64,000 bases of DNA. Origin: Gammaproteobacteria bacterium. GTDB taxonomy: Bacteria > Pseudomonadota > Gammaproteobacteria > Natronospirales > REEB76. Shown here one piece after another: positions 31,908 through 40,732 of this stretch. The number at the start of each line of letters is the position of its first letter. The first letter of the stretch is position 1. A program made the translations under genes and the position numbers. Location: the NCBI GenBank assembly GCA_027315405.1, contig DAHUYB010000087.1, positions 9,672 through 73,671 of the forward strand, written 5' to 3'. The notes under the pieces are model-generated. The model was not told the origin of the DNA and made no database searches. It worked only from the letters and a program-made list of their open reading frames with translations.

Positions 31908-33863
31908 ATGTGTGGCATAGCCGGCATCGTGCTGTCGCACAAGGGCAGTCATGTGGATGAGGGAGTGCTGCGCGCCATGCGCGACGCGCAAATCCATCGT
32001 GGACCGGATCAGGCGGGACTTTACTTATCCAGCGGTATCGGTTTGGCGCACCGCCGCTTATCCATCATCGATCTGGCACATGGACAACAGCCCATGGTGG
32101 ATGAAGCAGCGGGACTGGCGCTGATCTACAACGGCGAACTGTATAACTTCCAGGTTCTCAAATCGGAACTTGAAGGCGAAGGCATTGGTTTCACCAGCCA
32201 TTGCGATACCGAAGTGCTGCTGCGGGCGTGGCAGTGCTGGGGTGAGTCCTGCCTCCAGCGGCTGCGGGGCATGTTTGCGTTTGCGGTGTGGGATTTCAGA
32301 ACCCGGCGTATTCATCTGGCGCGGGATCACCTCGGTATCAAGCCACTTTACTACGCGGTCACCCGCCCGGGTGATCTGGTATTTGCCTCCGAACTCAAGG
32401 GGCTGCTGGCACACCCGCGTGTGGATCGCGTTCTTGATCCGCAGGCGCTGGAGGAGTATCTCGCCTTCGGCTACGTGCCCGATCCGAAAAGTATCTACCA
32501 GGGCATCTTTAAGTTGCCGCCTGGGCATCATTTGAGCTGGCGCGCAGACGAGCGGCCGCCGGTTCCGCGCGCCTATTGGGATGTACCATTTCGGGTGAAT
32601 AGCCAATGGGATCTGAGCGCGGCTTCCACGCAACTCCGCGAGCTGCTCGATGATGCGGTGGCGAGCCAGCTCATATCCGATGTGCCCTTGGGCGCATTTC
32701 TCTCCGGCGGGGTGGATTCAAGCGCCGTGGTGGCCAGCATGAGCCGGGTGACGCGCGAGCCGGTCAGCACCTGTGCCATTGGCTTCGACCATAGCGAATT
32801 TGATGAGACAATTTATGCAAGACGCGTAGCCAACCACCTGCATACACGGCACTTTGAGGAGCGCGTCAGTTCGCAAGATTATTCGTTGGTGGATACCCTG
32901 GCGGGAATCTACGATGAGCCCTTCGCCGACAGTTCCGCGCTGCCCACCTATCGGGTCTGCGAGCTGGCGCGCAGGCATGTCACGGTCGCACTTTCCGGTG
33001 ATGGCGGTGATGAGAATTTCGCCGGTTACCGCCGCTACCGCTGGCATGCGTTTGAAAGCCGCATCCGCGACAGCATGCCGCTTTCCGTTCGGCGACCGGT
33101 TTTTGGCTTACTGGGCCGGTGCTATCCAAAGGCGGATTGGGCACCGCGCGTGCTGCGCGCCAAAACCACCCTTCAGGCCCTGGGGCGTGACCACGTGGAA
33201 GCTTATTTCCATAGCGTCAGCGTGATACCTGCCTCGCTGCGGCACGGGCTGTACAGTGCCGCATTCAGGCGCGAGCTTCAGGGATACACTGCCCTGGAAG
33301 TATTCCGCGCCCACGCCGAACATGCACCGGATGATCCGCTGCTGCTGGCTCAATATCTCGACTTCAAGACCTATTTGCCGGGCGATATTCTGACTAAAGT
33401 GGATCGAGCCAGTATGGCCCACAGCCTGGAAGTCCGTGTGCCGCTGCTCGATCACCGCCTGGTGGAATGGGCCTCGGGTTTGCCGCCGGCATTGAAGCTG
33501 AAGCGTGGCACGGGCAAATATATTCTCAAGAAGACCCTTGAAGCGGATTTGCCCAAGGAGGTGTTATACCGGCCCAAGATGGGCTTCAGCGTGCCGCTGG
33601 CATCGTGGCTGCGGGGGGGGCCGCTCGCCGGACGTGTCCGGGAAGCGCTCATGACCGGTGCCGTCGCTCAATGCGGTTACTTCAAGCATTCTGTACTGAA
33701 TGATCTAGTCAATCAGCATGTTGCAGGCCGGAGTGATCACAGTACTGTGTTGTGGAGTCTGCTTATGCTGGACGCGTTTGTGCGCAGGGACTCAGCCTTT
33801 ACGGCGGTCAAAGGGGATACAACATCTGGCATTCGCAGGATGGTTGGTAAAGGTGTGGCATGA
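31908..33863 (+). CDS. asparagine synthase-like glutamine amidotransferase (exosortase-A-associated amidotransferase 1 type)
   Basis: MCGIAGIV provides the N-terminal nucleophile Cys. ...SDVPLGAFLSGGVDSS... is the PP-loop. 651 aa. Confidence 0.9.
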   Translation: MCGIAGIVLSHKGSHVDEGVLRAMRDAQIHRGPDQAGLYLSSGIGLAHRRLSIIDLAHGQQPMVDEAAGLALIYNGELYNFQVLKSELEGEGIGFTSHCDTEVLLRAWQCWGESCLQRLRGMFAFAVWDFRTRRIHLARDHLGIKPLYYAVTRPGDLVFASELKGLLAHPRVDRVLDPQALEEYLAFGYVPDPKSIYQGIFKLPPGHHLSWRADERPPVPRAYWDVPFRVNSQWDLSAASTQLRELLDDAVASQLISDVPLGAFLSGGVDSSAVVASMSRVTREPVSTCAIGFDHSEFDETIYARRVANHLHTRHFEERVSSQDYSLVDTLAGIYDEPFADSSALPTYRVCELARRHVTVALSGDGGDENFAGYRRYRWHAFESRIRDSMPLSVRRPVFGLLGRCYPKADWAPRVLRAKTTLQALGRDHVEAYFHSVSVIPASLRHGLYSAAFRRELQGYTALEVFRAHAEHAPDDPLLLAQYLDFKTYLPGDILTKVDRASMAHSLEVRVPLLDHRLVEWASGLPPALKLKRGTGKYILKKTLEADLPKEVLYRPKMGFSVPLASWLRGGPLAGRVREALMTGAVAQCGYFKHSVLNDLVNQHVAGRSDHSTVLWSLLMLDAFVRRDSAFTAVKGDTTSGIRRMVGKGVA

Positions 33864-34858
33864 ATGGGCCCATCCTGCTATTCGGCCTGCCGCGTTCCGG
33901 CACCACCTGGATTGGAAAACTGTTTGACAGCCATCCGGATACCCTTTATCGCCATGAGCCGGACAGTGTTTACCGGCTTGCCATGCCGCTGTTTCCGGAG
34001 ATCAGTGAAGCCGGCCGTTATCGGCAGGAAATCGAGGACTATGTCATCGCTTTACCCGGTATGCAGGCCGCCAAAATAGCGGGAAAACAGCCGCTGTTCC
34101 CTAAAAATTATCATTCAAGTCTGGCGCTGACCGCCTACCGTGCAGGTGTTACGTTCGCCAAATTCTCGAGCCGCGTCTTTCCGGCCATGCCCTTACCATA
34201 CCGCCCCACGGGGGTGGGTTATGAGCATCTGCGCGTGGTATGGAAATCCATTGAATCGCTGGGTCGGCAGGGACTATGTGTTGAGGTATTGCCCGATGCA
34301 CAGGCGGTACATATCCTGCGTCATCCTTGCGGTTATGTAGCTTCTGTATTGAGGGGCGAAGCCGCCAGTCGCTTCGTGGACCGTACACCCAGCAGCGAGG
34401 ACTATGGCATCTTTGAGATGCTGCTGGCCACCGCACCCGCTGGGAACCGCGGTCTGATGCTAGCTGATTTTAAAAAGCTCACATCAGAGGAACGATTGGC
34501 ATGGCGCTGGGTGCTTACCCATGAAAAAGTGCTTGCCGATACGCAACATTCAAATCGCGTGCTCCGGGTGCGCTACGAGGATGTGTGCGCCAGTCCGTTG
34601 ACCGAAACACGCCGTATGTTTGAGTTTACCGGACTGACTTGGCAACCACCAACCGAGGCTTTTATCTCGGCAAGCACCCGCCAGTCACAGGGCGATTATT
34701 ATAGCGTGTTCAAGAATCCCGAAGTATCTGCGCAACGCTGGCGTTCAGAACTAACATCGGAAGTAGTCGACAGGGTATTAAAGATATTGAAAGGCAGCGA
34801 GATGCAGCAATTTTACGACAGTGAGCTGACGGCAACCCAACAGATAACTGGATCTTAA
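33860..34858 (+). CDS. sulfotransferase family protein (ST1)
   Basis: ATGA overlap with the upstream gene. The 5'-PSB loop is ILLFGLPRSGTTWIGKLF and the 3'-PB-like segment is VHILRHPCGYVASVLRG. 332 aa. Confidence 0.8.
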   Translation: MNGPILLFGLPRSGTTWIGKLFDSHPDTLYRHEPDSVYRLAMPLFPEISEAGRYRQEIEDYVIALPGMQAAKIAGKQPLFPKNYHSSLALTAYRAGVTFAKFSSRVFPAMPLPYRPTGVGYEHLRVVWKSIESLGRQGLCVEVLPDAQAVHILRHPCGYVASVLRGEAASRFVDRTPSSEDYGIFEMLLATAPAGNRGLMLADFKKLTSEERLAWRWVLTHEKVLADTQHSNRVLRVRYEDVCASPLTETRRMFEFTGLTWQPPTEAFISASTRQSQGDYYSVFKNPEVSAQRWRSELTSEVVDRVLKILKGSEMQQFYDSELTATQQITGS

Positions 34859-34859
34859 G

Positions 34860-35870
34860 ATGAAAACCGTACTTGTAACCGGGGCTGCAGGATTTATTGG
34901 ATTTCATACTTGTATGAGACTTCTGCATGATGGATATCATGTCATTGGGCTTGATAGTCTTAATAGCTATTATGATGTTAATCTTAAATTGGATAGATTA
35001 AGGCAAATCAGTGGCAACTCGTCATTCCAGTTTTTTAAAATGGATATCTCTGACAGAGAAGCAGTTAAAGATTTATTCAGGACAACGCGCCCACAATTCG
35101 TGATCAACCTCGCTGCACAAGCCGGAGTTCGTTACTCAATACAAAACCCCTATCCTTATGTGGACAGCAATCTGGTCGGTTTTATGAACGTTCTCGAAGG
35201 CTGTCGGTGGGGTAATGCTCAACACCTGGTTTTTGCATCCTCCAGTTCAGTATATGGGGCCAATACGAGCATGCCTTTCTCTGTGGATCAGAACGTTGAT
35301 CACCCATTGTCATTATATGCGGCAACAAAAAAAGCGAATGAATTGATGGCGCATGCTTATAGCAATCTTTACAAACTACCCTGTACTGGGCTGAGATTCT
35401 TTACCGTTTATGGCCCGTGGGGCCGTCCAGATATGTCATATTTCACATTCACCCGTTCGATATTGGAAGGGAAGCCAATCGAAGTATTCAACCATGGTGA
35501 TATGAAGAGGGATTTTACTTACATAGATGATATTGTCGCGGGCACAGCTCAGATCTTACAGAAGATTCCACAAGGTGATTCCGGGTGGGATTCCGACATA
35601 CCTGATCCTGATTCAAGTTATGCTCCTTACAAGATATATAACATCGGTAATAATACGCCAGTAGCACTTATGAAAATGATAGAAGTTCTCGAGCGTGCCC
35701 TGGGAAAGAAGGCAATAATCAATTATTTACCTCTGCAGGATGGAGATGTAAAAACAACTTTTGCCAACATAGATGATCTGATTGCCGATGTGGGTTTTAA
35801 ACCGAGTATTGCGATAGAAGAGGGGGTATTGCGATTCGTCAGATGGTACAGAGATTATTATCGTATCTGA
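34860..35870 (+). CDS. NAD-dependent UDP-glucuronate 4-epimerase-like SDR
   Basis: MKTVLVTGAAGFIGFH...LDSLNSYYDVNLK..RL, then ...SLYAATKKANELMAHAYS... (YxxxK) and ...LRFFTVYGPWGRPDM.... GC content drops noticeably from this gene onward. Confidence 0.85.
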   Translation: MKTVLVTGAAGFIGFHTCMRLLHDGYHVIGLDSLNSYYDVNLKLDRLRQISGNSSFQFFKMDISDREAVKDLFRTTRPQFVINLAAQAGVRYSIQNPYPYVDSNLVGFMNVLEGCRWGNAQHLVFASSSSVYGANTSMPFSVDQNVDHPLSLYAATKKANELMAHAYSNLYKLPCTGLRFFTVYGPWGRPDMSYFTFTRSILEGKPIEVFNHGDMKRDFTYIDDIVAGTAQILQKIPQGDSGWDSDIPDPDSSYAPYKIYNIGNNTPVALMKMIEVLERALGKKAIINYLPLQDGDVKTTFANIDDLIADVGFKPSIAIEEGVLRFVRWYRDYYRI

Positions 35871-35894
35871 TTCCATTTTGTATTCAAAGATACT

Positions 35895-37109
35895 ATGACC
35901 AGACTGCTCACATTCACCAGTCTCTATCCGAATGCGGCCCAGCCGCGACACGGTGTTTTCGTTGAGGAAAGGCTACGCCATCTGGTTGCTTCCGGTAACG
36001 TCACCGCCAAGGTAGTGGCGCCGGTACCCTGGTTTCCGTTCAGGCATCCCCGTTTTGGCAGATATGCGATACATGCTTCAATACCAGAGCGCGAAAAGCG
36101 CTACGGTATTCAAATCGAACATCCGCGATATCCAGTGATGCCGAAAGTGGGCATGGGAATAGCACCGGGTTTGATGTACCGGGCACTCTTGCCAGTATTC
36201 CGCAGGCTGGAAGCCCAGGGTCAGGATTATGATCTGATTGATGCGCATTACTTTTATCCCGACGGTGTGACGGCGGTAAAGTTGGGACAACGTTTGGGCA
36301 AACCTGTGGTGATAACTGCTCGCGGAACTGACGTAACCTTGATTCCCCATTATCGCCTGCCCAGGCGGCAGATACTTTGGGCGGCTGAGCATGCGGCGGC
36401 CATCGTGACGGTCTCGCAGTCGCTCAAGAAGACTCTGGTCGCTTTAGGTGTGGCTCCAGACAAGATTATGGCCCTGCGCAATGGGGTGGATTTGGAGCGC
36501 TTTCGGCCGATGGACCAAACCGTGATTCGGGCCAGGCTTGGGCTGACCGGCCTAGTTTGGCTTTCGGTGGGTCATCTCATAGAACGGAAAGGCCTGCACA
36601 TTATTATTGCGGCACTCGCACAGGTTTCTGATGTAACCCTGCTGATTGTGGGGGACGGACCTGAAGAGGGGCACCTGCGCCAATTAGCCAACAACTTGGG
36701 TGTCAGTGGGCGCATTCGTTTTCTCGGTGCCGTTAAGCATGCCGACTTGTGTGAATATTACAACACGTCAGATGTGCTGGTTCTCGCCTCAAGCCGGGAA
36801 GGGATGCCCAACGTGGTGTTGGAAGCCATGGCCTGTGGCACTCCGGTGATCGCCACAGAAGTTGACGGTACACCGGAGTTGATTACCTCGCCCGAGGCGG
36901 GAGAACTGATGCGAGAGCGCACCCCTGCCGCCTTGGTGGAGGCTTGGTACAGATTGTGTGCACGCAAACCTGAACGCCTGGCAACCCGCAAGTTCGCCGA
37001 GCGCTTCGGATGGCAGCCGACCGTTGACGCACAACAAGCGCTATACACGCGCGTGCTGTCCAGTTTCGGCAATGTGATATCCATTCAACCGGGATTAAAA
37101 GAATCATGA
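35895..37109 (+). CDS. glycosyltransferase family 4
   Basis: 404 aa. MTRLLTFTSLYPNAAQPRHGVFVEERL.... The GT-B motif is ...ASSREGMPNVVLEAMACGTPVIATEVDGTPE. Confidence 0.85.
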   Translation: MTRLLTFTSLYPNAAQPRHGVFVEERLRHLVASGNVTAKVVAPVPWFPFRHPRFGRYAIHASIPEREKRYGIQIEHPRYPVMPKVGMGIAPGLMYRALLPVFRRLEAQGQDYDLIDAHYFYPDGVTAVKLGQRLGKPVVITARGTDVTLIPHYRLPRRQILWAAEHAAAIVTVSQSLKKTLVALGVAPDKIMALRNGVDLERFRPMDQTVIRARLGLTGLVWLSVGHLIERKGLHIIIAALAQVSDVTLLIVGDGPEEGHLRQLANNLGVSGRIRFLGAVKHADLCEYYNTSDVLVLASSREGMPNVVLEAMACGTPVIATEVDGTPELITSPEAGELMRERTPAALVEAWYRLCARKPERLATRKFAERFGWQPTVDAQQALYTRVLSSFGNVISIQPGLKES

Positions 37110-38404
37110 GAAATGCTGCCTCAGTCCCGGCAAGTGAAACACAGTTGCAAACCCCGGATAGCAAGCCGCTGCGCATCCTGCATATCCTGGATCATTCCGT
37201 GCCTCTGCACAGCGGCTATGCATTTCGGACATTGGCTATTCTAGCCGGTCAGCGTGATTTGGGATGGGAAACATTTCAGTTGACAAGTCCAAAACAGGGG
37301 CAGGCGAGTGAGTTACAGGAGCAAGTAGGTGAGTGGATATTTAACCGCACCCCGCTCGCAACGAGTTTTGTATCCAGAGTTCCGGTCGTAAAACACTGGC
37401 GGCTTATCCAGGCTCTTAAAGCACGGCTCCGGGATGTGGTGAACGCAACTCATCCGCATATCCTGCATGCACATTCACCGCTGCTGAATGCCTCCCCTGC
37501 ACTCACTGTTGGCCGGGAGATGGGCCTGCCGGTGGTGTATGAAATACGCGCCTTCTGGGAAGACGCGGCCGCCGATCACGGTACCGCAACTGAGTGGGGT
37601 CTGCGCTACCGGCTGACCCGGGCGTTGGAAACCCATGTCATACGTCGTGCCGATGCGGTGACTACCCTCTGCGAGGGGCTGCGTACCGATCTGATCGCGC
37701 GGGGTATTGCTGGCGAGAAAGTGACGGTGATTCCCAATGCGGTGGACATCAATCAATTTCGGGTAGGTACAACCCCTGACCGTGATCTGATGGAAAAATA
37801 CGGTATGCAAAGCGGGTTTACCTTGGGGTTTGCCGGCTCGTTCTACGCGTATGAAGGACTGGATGTGCTACTCAGGGCCATGCCGTATATTGCTGAAGCC
37901 ATTCCACAAGTACGGTTGCTGCTGGTAGGAGGCGGACCACAGGAGTCTGGGCTGAGGACACTGGCGGCAGAATTGGGCCTGAACGATATTGTGCATTTTG
38001 CCGGACGGGTGCCGCACGACGATATTGCACGCTATTACAGCGTGATGGATATCATGGTGTATCCACGACTGCCGCGCCGTCTCACAGAACTGGTCACGCC
38101 CCTGAAGCCGCTCGAGGCCATGGCACTTGGCAAGCCGGTGGTGGCCTCCGATGTGGGCGGCCACCGGGAGCTGATTTGTGACGGTAAAAATGGCTATCTT
38201 TTCCCGGCAGGGTCAACAGAGGCGCTGGCACAGTGTCTCGTCAGCTTGCTCAAAACTGGCTCGGCCTCTTGGGAAACGGCAGTGCATGCCGGAAGGAATT
38301 ATGTGGAACGCGAACGCAACTGGCCCACGAGTGTGTCGCGTTATCGTTCTGTTTATGCGCGCGTCCTGGATCGGTCAGAGCACACCGTAGAGGACCGTCG
38401 GTGA
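37106..38404 (+). CDS. glycosyltransferase family 4
   Basis: ATGA overlap with the upstream gene. ...LRILHILDHSVPLHSGYAFR... and ...TPLKPLEAMALGKPVVASDVGGHRE.... Confidence 0.85.
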   Translation: MRNAASVPASETQLQTPDSKPLRILHILDHSVPLHSGYAFRTLAILAGQRDLGWETFQLTSPKQGQASELQEQVGEWIFNRTPLATSFVSRVPVVKHWRLIQALKARLRDVVNATHPHILHAHSPLLNASPALTVGREMGLPVVYEIRAFWEDAAADHGTATEWGLRYRLTRALETHVIRRADAVTTLCEGLRTDLIARGIAGEKVTVIPNAVDINQFRVGTTPDRDLMEKYGMQSGFTLGFAGSFYAYEGLDVLLRAMPYIAEAIPQVRLLLVGGGPQESGLRTLAAELGLNDIVHFAGRVPHDDIARYYSVMDIMVYPRLPRRLTELVTPLKPLEAMALGKPVVASDVGGHRELICDGKNGYLFPAGSTEALAQCLVSLLKTGSASWETAVHAGRNYVERERNWPTSVSRYRSVYARVLDRSEHTVEDRR

Positions 38405-39606
38405 ACATGCGAGCTCCAGCGGTGGTTGTCGGGGCGGGCATCAATGGTCTGGGTGTAGCGCGCAGTCTGGCGCGTGAACGAGTACCTGCCTGGATCGTGG
38501 ATTCCGATTCTCGACAGCCGGGGATGCATACCAACGCTGCGCGGCCTTTGGTAATGCCCGCCATGCAGGGAGAGGCTTTGATTGATGGGCTCTTGGCGTT
38601 GGGGTTATCTCAATTCCATGATTTACACCCGGTGCTGATCCTGACTCAGGAAGAAAGTGTCAAGGCGGTCTCGCAATACCGCGAGGTCCTGTCACCTCAT
38701 TACCGTTTCACTCTTCCTGAGCAGTCGGTTGTGGATTCATTGCTGCACAAGGAAATGTTCCAGCGTGTGGCGGAACGGCTGGGCGCACCTATTCCGCCAC
38801 TGGTTCATATCCGCTCAATTCAGGATTTGTCTCTGTTGAATTCCGTTCAGTATCCGGTAGTGATCAAGCCGGGTGAGCGTCACGCTGGTTACAGTCATAT
38901 GTTTAAGAAGGCATACCGTATCGGCGACGTGGCCGAAGCCGAGTATCTGGTCCGGAGGATTTTGCCGGTCATGCCGGATGTGGTCGTGCAGGAATGGATC
39001 GAGGGAGCGGATTCGGACATATTCTTTTGTTTGCAATATATCGGCCACAATGGGTCTGCCGTGACATCATTCACGGGCCGCAAAATTCGTTCCTGGCCGC
39101 CACAGGTGGGCGGTACCGCTAGTTGTATGGCCGCATCCGAAGCAGCCTGTGATCTTGCCACGTTAAGCACCCAGTTTTTCCGCGCAGCAGGCGTTGCGGG
39201 TTTAGCCGGGATGGAATACAAGCACGATACCCGTACCGGCGAATTCAAAATGGTGGAACCGACCATTGGACGCACGGACTACCAGGAAGAAGTGGCGACA
39301 TTGAGCGGGGTCAACCTTCCGTATACCGCCTATTGTGCCGAGCTTGGCATACCTGGGTTGCAACCGGTGCCAACAAAGCGGCCGGTGGTATGGCGGGATC
39401 GCTTGGCAGATTCACAGTCCGCGGCAGCCCAGGGCCAAGGTGCCAAGCAAGGCTTCCCGCGCGGCTGTGTTGTTGCAGAGGCCTTGTGGCGACCGAATGA
39501 TCCCATGCCATTTCTGATGCACATGACGAGGCGTTTGAGCCGTGCATTGCATGCCCGGACCTCAAGGATGCTGAAGATACCTAAAAATGCCAAGGGCGAG
39601 TCATGA
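38401..39606 (+). CDS. ATP-grasp family ligase
   Basis: The start is GTG 38401 (GTGA overlap) or ATG 38407. ...VVVGAGINGLGVARSLA... is the pre-ATP-grasp part. ...YPVVIKPGERH..., ...VVVQEWIEGADSD... and ...EFKMVEPTIGRTD... match ATP-grasp nucleotide/Mg motifs. The track start 38233 lies inside the previous gene. Confidence 0.75.
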   Translation: MNMRAPAVVVGAGINGLGVARSLARERVPAWIVDSDSRQPGMHTNAARPLVMPAMQGEALIDGLLALGLSQFHDLHPVLILTQEESVKAVSQYREVLSPHYRFTLPEQSVVDSLLHKEMFQRVAERLGAPIPPLVHIRSIQDLSLLNSVQYPVVIKPGERHAGYSHMFKKAYRIGDVAEAEYLVRRILPVMPDVVVQEWIEGADSDIFFCLQYIGHNGSAVTSFTGRKIRSWPPQVGGTASCMAASEAACDLATLSTQFFRAAGVAGLAGMEYKHDTRTGEFKMVEPTIGRTDYQEEVATLSGVNLPYTAYCAELGIPGLQPVPTKRPVVWRDRLADSQSAAAQGQGAKQGFPRGCVVAEALWRPNDPMPFLMHMTRRLSRALHARTSRMLKIPKNAKGES

Positions 39607-40721
39607 TCGGGGTCTTAAGCACGCTGACGAAGCGGGTCAAACGGAACAAAATCGCGGCCTTGGATGCACGTGCCGCGATGGTGGCGGCGGCTGAGTGGCT
39701 GACGCGCGCCCAGGATGCCACCGGTACGGGCGGAGTCAGTGCTTACTATGACCTGAAATCACATAAGTGGGCCGCCGCTTATCCCGAAACTACCGGTTAC
39801 ATCATTCCGACATTTTTCCGTTATGCGGAGTTCTCGGGGCAAACTGAATATCGCGAGCGTGCCCTACGCATGGCCGCCTGGGAATCTGATATCCAGCTTC
39901 CTGAAGGCGGCGTTCGTGCGGGTACCATGGATGCCACTCAGGTTGTGCCCACCATATTCAATACCGGCCAAGTCATGTTTGGTTGGTTAGCCGCCTGGGA
40001 GCAGACCGGGGAACCGCGGTTCCGTGATTCACTGGTACACGCGGCGCAATGGCTGCTGGCAGCGCAGGATGCGGATGGGGCCTGGCGGCGCTTTGCCTCG
40101 CCGTTTGCCGCACATAAAGTCAATACTTATAACACCCGCGTAGCCTTCGCACTTGCCCAGGCCGGAAAAATACTGAAGAAGCTTGAATACACCGAAGCAG
40201 CAATTCGTAACATCAACTGGGCACTGACACAAATGCGGAGCAACGGCTGGCTGGAAAACAACGACCTGGAGGACAATGCGCGACCCTTGACGCATACCAT
40301 TGCCTATGCGGCTCGCGGCATACTTGAGGTGGGTCTGATCGCGAAGAATTCGGCTTTTGTGGATGCCGCCGCTCGCATCGCGCGGGCGGTCGCCGGGACA
40401 CAGCGCCGGGATGGAGCATTGCCAGGTCGTCTGGATGCCCAATGGCGGTCTGCGGCCCGCTGGAGCTGTGTCACCGGCAATGCACAGATGGCCATCATCT
40501 GGCGGCGTTTGGCACGGGAAACCGGAGATCATTTCTGGAAGGCGCACGCCGAGCAGGCAACCCGCTTCAATATTTCCGTGCAGGCGCTGTCCGTTGCCGA
40601 TGCTGGGATACGGGGGGGCATCCCTGGATCCCATCCTCTGCGAGGCGGGTACATGTCCTACCGGTTCCCGAACTGGGCCGCCAAGTTCTTCATAGATGCC
40701 GTGTTGTTGCAACTGACATAG
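39603..40721 (+). CDS. uncharacterised protein with prenyltransferase/terpene-cyclase-like (alpha/alpha) repeats
   Basis: ATGA overlap with the ATP-grasp gene. QW-like repeats recur: WLTRAQDATGTGG, WLLAAQDADGAWRRF, LTQMRSNGWLE, VAGTQRRDGALPG. No signal peptide is evident. Confidence 0.6.
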   Translation: MIGVLSTLTKRVKRNKIAALDARAAMVAAAEWLTRAQDATGTGGVSAYYDLKSHKWAAAYPETTGYIIPTFFRYAEFSGQTEYRERALRMAAWESDIQLPEGGVRAGTMDATQVVPTIFNTGQVMFGWLAAWEQTGEPRFRDSLVHAAQWLLAAQDADGAWRRFASPFAAHKVNTYNTRVAFALAQAGKILKKLEYTEAAIRNINWALTQMRSNGWLENNDLEDNARPLTHTIAYAARGILEVGLIAKNSAFVDAAARIARAVAGTQRRDGALPGRLDAQWRSAARWSCVTGNAQMAIIWRRLARETGDHFWKAHAEQATRFNISVQALSVADAGIRGGIPGSHPLRGGYMSYRFPNWAAKFFIDAVLLQLT

Positions 40722-40732
40722 CGTGTAGCAGA

